Below are positions 48,208 through 57,520 of a stretch of DNA of 64,000 nucleotides, piece by piece. The notes below the pieces were generated by a model that was not told where the DNA came from, did not search any database, and saw only the letters and a list, made by a program, of their open reading frames with translations. Source of the stretch: Thelocarpon superellum (taxonomy: Eukaryota); assembly GCA_026025795.1 (NCBI GenBank), contig JAPEUG010000006.1, positions 1-64,000 of the forward strand, read 5' to 3'. How positions within the stretch are numbered: the stretch's first letter is position 1; every line of letters begins with the position of its first letter. A program made the translations under genes and the position numbers.

Positions 48208-49247
48208 CGGAATGGATTTCGCACGATCACCTCACTCGATTGCGGATGACTTGAGCGACCAACAGTTGGGATGGTCAGATCAAGTATCTTGGCCGTGCTG
48301 GTTCATCGCCGGACCCTCGTAATAGGGGAATTGAAGACCTAGGCGATCCCCCATTGTTTGTACGGCGCGGTCGTGCAATTATACCGTTTCGGGTTGGGCG
48401 AGATGACGCAGCACCCATGTCATTCCATGTCGCCTATTCCTAAATGGTCCAAACGCCATCGCGTCCGTATAAGAGTTGATACCAAGATTGACGGGCAGCT
48501 TGTTGGCACGGACGCGCGGACGGTAATTTACCACCTACCATGGCGTTCTCGATCGTTTCTTAGCGGACTTGGTAATTCATGGACGCTCATTGCGTTCACC
48601 GTCTTCAATTTAACTGCTGGTCTTAGATTGAGTTTCTTCCCAATTCTGCCGACAACCACCAGGCCCAGCCAGTTACTTGGTCTACTCTCTGAATAGAGTT
48701 GAACTTTTTGGCGGTAGTAGCGAAGTATTAGAAGTACGGGATTGACGGTTTTTGCTAGGGCAAGCACTGCCGATTCATGAAATCCCGACCTACTTTTTGA
48801 CCTCTGTTCGCCGACTTCATAGGCTTTCAAGACAAGTGAATAAGCGCGTCTCACGAAGGTTAATGGATTAAAGGACGTGTGTAGATATGGCTCCTATGCT
48901 TCAGTAGTATTTGTAATTTTTTCGACCACACGTTAGTAGGGTCATGGCCCCTGAGTCACCGCTATGAAAGTGACTTTCGAATTGAATGCCGAAGTCACTC
49001 GCCCATAAACACTCAAACGAGAGACTGGCGAGGTGTGAGAAGGCGCAATGATTAACTGTTACAGCTCAGCGTCGCCGGACCTCACGTGTAAGGGCCAGTG
49101 TTGCTTAATCCCCCCGTACAAACGCTCTCAACTCTCGTTCCATCTCTTTTCTCTCCACACCTTGCTAGGTTCGCAGCACGTTGACAGAAACTGCAGAAAG
49201 CATCACCACCTCGACGCACCACCAACGGCAGTATCACTGACGGCAAG

Positions 49248-51068
49248 ATGTACTCCATCTGGAGGGAGGCGGCCGTTGCAGCGGCGACCACGACCGCGAA
49301 CGAGACCGAGATGGAGCGGAGAGCGAGCGCGATGATGGCGACGACGACGAGAGAGGGGTCGTCCTCTCCCGCAAGGATGGCAAGTGAGACGTCGGCGGTG
49401 GCTGAGCCGCTGATGGGCCTCGCTCTGCTGTCTACGCGTGGTGAGGGCGGCCCGATGGCCCCAGCTCCGCCGCTGATGGCCTTTGCCTCGATGTCCCTGC
49501 GAGAGGATCGAGAGCCTATTGTGACGGCGAAAACGTACGCCCTCATCTCCACTGCTGTTCGACCATGTCGTCTTGCTGATAAGTCGGACACAGCCGCCCG
49601 TGCGAGGGTCGGGGGATGCAGGGCCTCCTGGGGAAGTGGGGAGCGGACGTGGAGGTGAGGGGACGGCCAGGGCAGGGCAGTCCCTTAGCGGAACTGTATG
49701 TTTCTTTCTGGTCCATTTCTTTACCTCGACCACTGAGATGAAATATGCAGTGACCCGGTCGCCGGGCGGGGGATGCTGGGGGTGTATGGGAGGCACGCGG
49801 CGTCGCCGGCGGTCGGGCCGGCGCCCGCGGCTCCTGCGGTCCTGGTCGTGGAGGACGTGGAGATGGCGTGCCCCGCGGCCTTGGTCGCGGAGGACATCGA
49901 GATGACGCCTCCTCCGGCAGCGGTCGAGGCGGACGTCGAGATGACGCCTCCGCCGACCTTGGTCGTGGGGGATGTCGAGATGGCGGGAATGGGAGGGGAG
50001 AAGCCCCGGGAGGGGCGCGGAGAGGAAAAGGGCGACCATCCGTGAGTTGGATCGTCGTCTTGTTTACTCCTCACTGACCTCGCGAAGTGATGGTCCGCCG
50101 CGCAAGCGCGGGCTCGGGGTGAGCCACGTAACGGAGCCTCGCACCACGTGAGTCATCGCGTCCCCGTTCCGGGCCTCAGCCCCATCGGGGCCCACGACTG
50201 ACACCATCCAAATAGGACGGTGAAGCGCTCGAACGTCATCATCCCGGTGGGGATGATGACACCGAGTGCGAAGCCGTCGACGACGAGGCCGAAGACGGAC
50301 CCTCCCGCGGTCACCACGCGGCACACCACTGTCGACCAGGCGACCCCGGCTCTCGTCTCAGCGCCACGAGAGTCGGTCCAGACGCAGATGCCGGTCCCAA
50401 TTTCGCAGCTGGAGGGGGGACCGGGGATACTGCAGCCGCCACTCCAGCCGGTGGGGGCGATTGGGACTGGCGCCCCGATCGCTCTCGACCTTCTTCTGGA
50501 GCGGTCTGGCAATCTGGAGGCGCTGGTCGACTCGTGGTGGAGCCTCCTGAGCGGGCCGGGAGCGAGCGAAGCGCTGGTCGAGGCGTTCGCTCGCGTCACT
50601 GGACTCCTGTTTCAGGAGGTCTCCCCGGTGGAGGTGCTCGGGCCTGCCCATATGGCTATGGGCATCGTCCCTGATTACCGCCGCGACGACCTAGTCGCGG
50701 CAGGCACCTTCACCGGGGCCCAGTGGACCGTGTTCGGAGCGGGCGACGACCTCGCCTGGATGCTCCCACACTTCGTGCAGAACGGCCGCGTTCTGCAGGC
50801 GCTCATCCAACGATGGGCGTCCTCCTGTGGCATGGTAGCTGGCTGCCCGGCAAGCCGTGCTCACCTGCCGTCCTCCGGCTTCGCCGCCACCTTGCGGCGG
50901 GCAGGGTGGCAGCTGGAAGACGAGTGGGTGGGCAGTGCCTGCTATCAGACCGTGGCAGCGCTCAAGCGCATGCCACCAGGAGCGGCGCGGGCCAAGTTGT
51001 GGGAGCAGGCCAAAGAGGAGTCGCCGCGGGTCTTCGCGGTATGCATGAGGGACGGGTTGTGCGGGTGA
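49248..51068 (+). CDS. Five-exon orphan protein (530 aa) with D(V/I)EM repeats
   Basis: Exons 49248-49534, 49594-49695, 49751-50041, 50088-50147, 50216-51068. Four GT..AG introns with branch-like sites join three separate ORFs into one stop-free 1593-nt frame. Confidence 0.7.
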
Positions 51069-51644
51069 GTCAATGTTTCTTCATCGTCTTCTGTTATCTG
51101 CTTTCCGCCCGCCGATTTCCGTTTTCCGTTTGCTCGTCTCCTTTCGACCTTCTCATTTGACCCTCTCCTTTGACCTTCCGCATTGTTCCTCGGTTGGGCC
51201 GATCAAGTCCCGTGACCTGGGTCTTGCAGCTCTACGGTCTTTCATCCTGCTCGAGGAACCTTGCTCCTTTTTCCTCATTAGTCATTGACCATCGCTGCAT
51301 GTTTCGGCCGCCGGACTAACTTACATTCTTGGCGACTCGGCAAATTATGTTACTTGCACACCTCGCTCTCTCTAACTCGTCCTACGAGTACTCGCTTGTC
51401 TCGCAATCACTGGTACACCCTGACTACACGGAACACCTCGCTAACTTGTTCATTTGTTTACTTCAGTCCGGCTTGGTGCCCTAGCCAGGCATCGAGTTCG
51501 TCCGACCGACAAGACCCGTCCCCGAAGCGCAAACGGGACGAAGGCACCGAGGCCTTGGTACACCACAGCGAAGCGGGCGCAGCCCAAAAGCGCCAGCACC
51601 GCCGGCAAGACCCCTCGGTGCTGCACCGGCGATTTCTTTTCGGG

Positions 51645-52748
51645 ATGCAGATCCGGTGCGTGCCGGACGACGAGCTGGCCATCGGTCCCGATGGCAAGAA
51701 GCTTCCGTTCGCGATCGTCACCAAGGACGACCGACGGAAGCATGTCGAAGAAACGGGGCCGTTTGGCAAGTCGCGTCGGGGCCGGACGCGGTCGAAAACC
51801 CCGGCCATGACGAAGAAGGACGACCCCAGCTTGGCCGCCTTCGATGAGGCGTTTCGATACGACCTGAGCAAGCAGGAGGCCGAGAAGCAGCGCCTGCTGC
51901 AGCCACATGCCCATGATCCGCACAGCGGATCGTTGTCGTCTCCCTCCTCCCTCACCACGGCACCGACCGCCACCTCCCTCACCGTGGTCGACTCCTTGGC
52001 TATCTCCTCCCTACCGGCGTCCGTCACCACCCGGCCCCAAGAGCCGACCGAAGTCCTGCTTCGTGGCTTCCGTCCGGGCCAGCAATATGCGGCCATCGAT
52101 CTATACGAACGGATCGGCCAAGGACAGATTTGTGAAGACTACTCCCGCGACCCACCAACAGAGCAACGACGGTTCGGTTCCAGCCGTACCTATCCTCCAC
52201 GACCTTTGACCGCGGCCGAGAAGGGTAAAGTGAATGCCTACGCTGGTGGTGACTCGTGGATCAAAGTGACGTTTGAGTCTGCCGAAGCCGCTGATCGCGC
52301 TGTGTACGCGTCGCCGCAAGACATCCATGGCGCCATGGTCTATGCCGAGCTTTACCGCGGCCCTCCCGAGACGGCGCCCTCCCTTCCTCACACGTCGAGC
52401 TCCTTCTCCACAGCCCTCGCACCTTCAACCCTCTCTTCCTCTCGACGCCCGGGTCTGGACCACGCGGTGGCCAGCGGGATCGCACCTCAGCTCCCTGCGG
52501 AAGGCTACTGCACCAAGGTCCCAACCGCCCGCAAGGCCGTCCTTCTTCCCGCGGAGCAAGCGCTGCTGCCGCAACAGAGCTTTAGCCAGCGATACATCCT
52601 GCCCTACGTGGGTAATTGGGGCCAGATCATCGGCGACGAGACGCCTCGCTTGGACGATGGCACCTTTGACTACTACGGCGCAAATCTGTGGTGGAAGACG
52701 TGGTATTGGATGGATATCATCTTTCGTCTGCACCTCATCGACGACTAG
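51645..52748 (+). CDS. Nucleoporin Nup53/Nup35-like protein (RRM-like domain)
   Basis: VPDDEL.IG.DG..LPFA, EPTEVLLRGF, ICEDY.RDPP, GGDSWIKVTFESAEAADRA, KAVLLPAEQALLPQ match the remembered Pezizomycotina Nup53-like family. Confidence 0.75.
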   Translation: MQIRCVPDDELAIGPDGKKLPFAIVTKDDRRKHVEETGPFGKSRRGRTRSKTPAMTKKDDPSLAAFDEAFRYDLSKQEAEKQRLLQPHAHDPHSGSLSSPSSLTTAPTATSLTVVDSLAISSLPASVTTRPQEPTEVLLRGFRPGQQYAAIDLYERIGQGQICEDYSRDPPTEQRRFGSSRTYPPRPLTAAEKGKVNAYAGGDSWIKVTFESAEAADRAVYASPQDIHGAMVYAELYRGPPETAPSLPHTSSSFSTALAPSTLSSSRRPGLDHAVASGIAPQLPAEGYCTKVPTARKAVLLPAEQALLPQQSFSQRYILPYVGNWGQIIGDETPRLDDGTFDYYGANLWWKTWYWMDIIFRLHLIDD

Positions 52749-52917
52749 ACGCCCGAGAAATTTAACTCGCCAGGCTCGTGGAGTTGGAGCGTGTGGACCT
52801 GACATATCCACATCGCCATCTCCCCTCTCACCCGCGATGAGTACTTCGACTGCACCCGACACACCCAGCGCGGTCACTTTCTCCCGCTTGTTCTCTCTAT
52901 CATGGCACATTCACAAG

Positions 52918-53515
52918 GACGATAGCACCGACCTGTTATCGATCCTGATGATGCCCTTTTGACTACGGCCGACCATGACGCTCTCGAGGCTTGCCATAGC
53001 CCTTTGTTGTTCTCGATGCACACCGACCGGACCCGACACATCCAGGATCGGTTTCTTCTCCTTTTCTTCTTACCGCGGCACCTCCCAGAGAACGACGGCG
53101 CCGACCTGCTGTCGATCCAGATGATGCCCGGTAGGCTTCAGCCACCTGCCCTTCTCTCGAGGCTTGCCATAGCCCTTCCGTTGTTCGTGTGACTCACATC
53201 AGCCGGATCCAACACATCCAGATCATCCTCTCTCGGTTGCTCTTTTTTTCACGACACATTTGCAAGGATGACACCGACGTTTTTATCCCGGTGATGCCCA
53301 GTCAGCCACGGCTGTCCAAAATGGTCCCCGAGGCTGGTCATAGCCCTTCTCCCCAATTCTTGATCCGTTTCGAATGGACCCGACACCATTTTCGTTCCTA
53401 TCGAGGCACGTCGTTAGGACGATGCACCGACGTGTTGTCGATCCAGATGATGCCCGTTGGCCAAGGCCGACTGCGAGCTCTGAGGCTGGTCATAGCCCTG
53501 TTGCTCTCCTCTTGA
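52918..53515. repeat. Degenerate tandem array of four 150-175 bp units
   Basis: Anchor GAGGCT(T/G)G(C/T)CATAGCCCT at 52986, 53159, 53330, 53482, each preceded by CCGAC..ATCC.G(A/G)TGATGCCC. Confidence 0.85.
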
Positions 53516-53643
53516 TGCGCTCCGACTTGAGTTATCCCGAGACTCGCCAACCCTCTTCGGGCACTTTCTTGATCCGAATCGATCCCGATCCGAACCGATC
53601 CCGATCCTCCAGTCGCTCAACAGAGCGTAAGCCCCACACCTTG

Positions 53644-53800
53644 CCGATCCTCGAAAGCTCATTGAAGCTGGGATCCCACATCATCCCGATCCTTCAGATG
53701 CTCAACGAAGCATGGATCTCACACCATTTCGATCCTCAAAAGCTCACCAAAGCATGGGTCTCATACCATCCCGATCCTCGAAAGCTCACCATAGCATCGC
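53644..53800. repeat. Degenerate ~42-bp tandem array (4 units)
   Basis: CGATCCT..GCTCA..AGC at 53645, 53687, 53730, 53772. Confidence 0.85.
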
Positions 53801-54806
53801 TCACTTCCACGCCCGATTGAGATCCTCCACGACTCGCCCAAGCAGGAATCATTCCCTCGCGCGATGGACAACTTCTACACGCTCACTGAAGCATGGATCA
53901 CCTTCGTCTACCTCTCCTCGAACATCGTGTCAGCTTCTCAGCCAGCTCGTCACCTGTTTCTCTCGACTCAAGCGTCGTGGCAGCCTCTCAGCCGGCTCGT
54001 CAGCCCGCAGTCTACCTTCCCTTGAGCATCTTGGCAGCTTCTCAGCCAGCGTGCCACCGGGGTTTTCTTGACTCGAGCAATACGTCGGCTTTCCGACCCG
54101 TAGCTGACGGCGGGACACAGCGTGTGGTTTTTGACGACTGCGACGCGTGCTATTGATACCTGCTTGTGCTTCAGCTCTCGATGCTTCATCCTGTATTCGT
54201 ATGTCCTCGTTTCGAAAGCTTCTTCGATCTGTCTTTTTAGCGCAATCGACAATGAGTACGATTAGGAAGCACCGTTGTGACATCTCCTGCAACCCATCCA
54301 TGGTTAGCCACCCGTGGCGTGACCTTGAACATATGACCCTGCACCACGGCGACATAGATCCTTGCATCGTGTTAATCCGGACGTTCTTCGCGGCGGGGTC
54401 CGGCGCGTCGCTTCCATGGGATAATATTCCTGCTGAAGACGGGCAGCTTGACTGGCTCGATCCTCGTTACGGTGTGACTAACACGACTCCACCGCGGGCG
54501 GAGATGGTGCTGACCTCCTTAACCGAGCGAGACAACCCACACAACTCTCTCAAACTGCCTCATCCTCTGTTCTCAACCTACATCTCGTTCGCTTGCCGCC
54601 CTTCACCAGCCGGGACCTGACCGTCACCGTGCGCGAAACATACCCACGGGCCCCGTAACGGGTTGGGCTCTGAATAGGTGGGCACCTGCAGTCATGGTCG
54701 ATCCGTGGAAACTGAGAGACTGGACTATGCTAGAGTTGTCTTTGTGGGGAGGTTAACTGAAGGATGGTCTTTGGTCCTGCCGGACCGGCGGTAATCGTCC
54801 ACATGT

Positions 54807-54880
54807 TGAGCACGTTCTTTTCCTCCGCACGTAAGCCTTGAAAGGGGGTTGATGTCTGTCTGTCCGTGTGTCTGTATAAA
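54807..54880 (+). promoter_or_regulatory. Promoter of the BIM1-like gene: CuRE-like CGTGCTCA (minus strand, 54807-54814) and TATAAA (54875-54880)
   Basis: One mismatch to the TGTGCTCA Mac1 site; TATA ~130 bp upstream of the ATG. Confidence 0.4.
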
Positions 54881-55011
54881 GCATTGCCGCAGGCTCGTTC
54901 CCTCCATCAAACGCCGGCTGCACTTTTATCGTCGACGATCTGTACGTACCATTCTCTCGCCCAAGACACCACGCTTATCCACTGCCCGTCTCCCTCTACT
55001 TTCTCGTCACC

Positions 55012-55807
55012 ATGGTGAGATTCCTCGTCCTCGCGGCGGCCTTGCCGCTGGCCGCGGCTCACTTTAAGCTGGACTACCCGCCCGCGCGCGGCTTTGACGA
55101 GGACAATCTCATCTATTTCCCCTGTGGCAAGCAGGATTCCGTGTCGTCGAACCGCACTGAATGGGGCATCAAAGGCGGGCCTATCGACCTGACCATGGGC
55201 CACGACCAGGCCGCCGTGCAAGTGCTACTCGGTCTGGGCAACAACCCGGGTGTCAACTTCAACATCACGCTCGAGCCGACCTTCCTCGAGCAGGGATTAG
55301 GAAGCTTCTGCATGCCGGATGTCGTCGTGCCGGGTGACCTTGGCATCTCCGATGGCATGAATGCCACCATTCAGGTGGTGACCAATGGCGACCCGAACGG
55401 CGGCCTCTACAATGTAAGACTCGCCACGTCCCCGTGTTCCCACAGCTCGTCACCACTTCTGTTTCCCTGCGTATGTACGAGCGGGCATGCTGACGGACGC
55501 CGCGTTGCGGTAGTGTGCGGACATCACCTTCCGAACTGCCCCCGCCCCCTCTCCTTCATGCACGAACAACACCGGCATCGCTACCACCTCCTACACCGGT
55601 CGGTCGAAGAACGCCAATCAAACCAACACCGACTCGAACCAGGCTGACTCGGCCATAACCGGGAGCCCGCCGTCGGGCACCGCATCTAGTACGGCTACCG
55701 CGGCCTCCCCTGGCAAGACTGGGGCCGCATCCACGATGAGACTGAAGGAGGATCTGCTCGCTCTGGCCATGCTTGTCGTATTGACTTCCTGCGCTTTGCT
55801 ATGGTAG
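55012..55807 (+). CDS. GPI-anchored copper acquisition factor, BIM1/X325 (LPMO-like) family
   Basis: Exons 55012-55413 and 55514-55807. A 16-aa signal peptide is followed by His1 (HFKLDYPPARGFDED..PCG); second His in TMGHD; NATIQVVTNGD..GGLYN|CADITF; Ser/Thr stalk and hydrophobic C-terminus. Confidence 0.85.
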
Positions 55808-56029
55808 AACATGTAGTGTCTGTAGCGTCGCGTGAAGGACCAAAAGAACTACAATCGTGGAGTCGTCATCTGCTTGTCCTCTATCGAGTTCGCCGGGGGA
55901 ATAAGGAAAGTAGAATCGTATCAGGAGGGAGTGCAGGATACTGGGCTCTGTAGCGATCGTCGCTGGAAGTCTGATCAAAGGCCACGGCCATGCCCACTGA
56001 CCACGTCCTCGCTCGGTGGCCCGTCACGC

Positions 56030-56671
56030 TCAGTGGCCTGGCGACATGCCATATCGCCCCATCGCCAGCTCCCCGAGAAAGGTTCCGCCGAGGACCGACA
56101 GAAAATACCCGACATTGTACGTCATGACTGCCAACATGCTGCGGTCGCACTCGCGTCAGCCCTGGGTGGACAGGCGCGCGTCGAGGTCAACCGGACGGGT
56201 CACGACTCACAGGAGGTATCCCACACCAACCATGACGGTGACCAGCAGCGCGCGTGGCCCGTCGACGCTAATCCTCCACGGCATGGGCTCGCGGAGGTGT
56301 CGCTCAACCACGCGCACCTCCTCCTCCACGCCTTGCGCCGTAACCAAAATGGCATTTTTCGCATCGCTGTCGGCGCTGATGCGCATGGCCTCGGATGGCT
56401 TGCCAGCGACAGAAACGTAGCGTCGACTCAGGTGCCGATTATAACAGCATTGTTCGTACTTTTCGCGGACGGCGAAGAGCGCTCGGAAGAAGACGGTCAT
56501 GAGGATGAGGAAGATGCACGTTCCAGCGTAGCCGGCCGTGGTCGTGGGTGTCCACTGGATGGAGAACAGCGGGGTCGCCGTGGAGGCGAAGAAGGTTGAA
56601 GACATGCCCTCACCCGCGCCCGTGTCCATCGAAGAGTCCATGTTCATACCACTTGAGGCATCCATATTCAT
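56030..56671 (-). CDS. Ctr-family copper transporter
   Basis: Exons 56671-56211 and 56138-56030. N-terminal Mets motifs MNMD..GMNMD..M; LFS..W.P....YAGTCIFL; TM2 MLAVM (MxxxM); TM3 GTFLG (GxxxG). Confidence 0.95.
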
Positions 56672-57073
56672 GGTGGTAGAGGCGATGACCAAGAGACGGT
56701 AGAGCGGATGATGAAAGGGTCAACGTAAGGAATGGTCTACTCTGCGACGATCACGACGAGAGGGAGAAGAACTATCAGAGCAGCGACAAGTGTTGACGTG
56801 ATATGCAGCAAAGCCGTCGCACACGAAGCAGGCGCAATGTGACTATACGCAGGCGCGATGTGATTGTTCAGACAGGAAAGAGCCGATTGAAGGGATTTCC
56901 TTCCGTCCATGTTGCCCCACTGCATTTCCGGGGTCAGATCCACCCGGCCTCAAATCCGATGGCGAAAGTTTCCAGGATAACCAGCTCACCCTTACGCGGA
57001 CCGGATGCGGGTCCGGAGAGGGTAGGTCATGATGCCGCAGGCCGGTCCGGGCCCCATGACTCGGTGAGGAGGG

Positions 57074-57093
57074 TTTGCGCAGATATGAGCACA
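57074..57093. promoter_or_regulatory. Inverted pair of Mac1-type copper-responsive elements in the Ctr/Fre divergent promoter
   Basis: TTTGCGCA (57074-57081) fits yeast TTTGC(T/G)C(A/G); then GATA; then TGAGCACA (57086-57093), the reverse complement of TGTGCTCA. Confidence 0.65.
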
Positions 57094-57520
57094 TTTCTGC
57101 CGCCATCCCGCGCTAAAGGGTCCTTCTTATCCCATGTATACCCCCCCCCCGGCCAGGGAACATCGGGCAAGTCAGGCGCACTGGCGCAGGGACGGCATGG
57201 CGGTAGCAGCCCTAGATCGGGTCCTGTGTCGCACATGTCGCCTGGTGAGCCCGGCGGTAAGTGTGCGTGGTGCGAGAAGTTCGATGTCGAGTCCGCCGAA
57301 GGTGCTGGCGGGGTGTGCCCGGAATGACCTGGTGCCACCGGGACACTTCCGGTGAAGTTGCGTGGCCCGGTTGAATATGTAACCGTTGAGTCGGACCCTG
57401 ATCAACTCTTTTTTCTGTCGACCTCAACGACGAGACTGAAATGATCCTTTCCTCCCTCTCTCTCCCGTCACATCGGATCATCGATTGTGCTGCGTGGTTC
57501 TTCCTCGCCGCACCGACAAG

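Noticed and set aside
52918..53800. CRISPR-like interpretation of the arrays
   Set aside because: Eukaryotic DNA, degenerate repeats, homologous rather than unique spacers, and no cas genes.
54147..54620. ORF as the C-terminus of a fungal HNH-domain protein
   Set aside because: Only a vague LKLPHP resemblance; no HNH core visible.
54640..54685. Hairpin as a Helitron or LINE 3' end
   Set aside because: No canonical CTAG terminus, tail, Rep/Hel or RT remnant, or matching 5' end seen.
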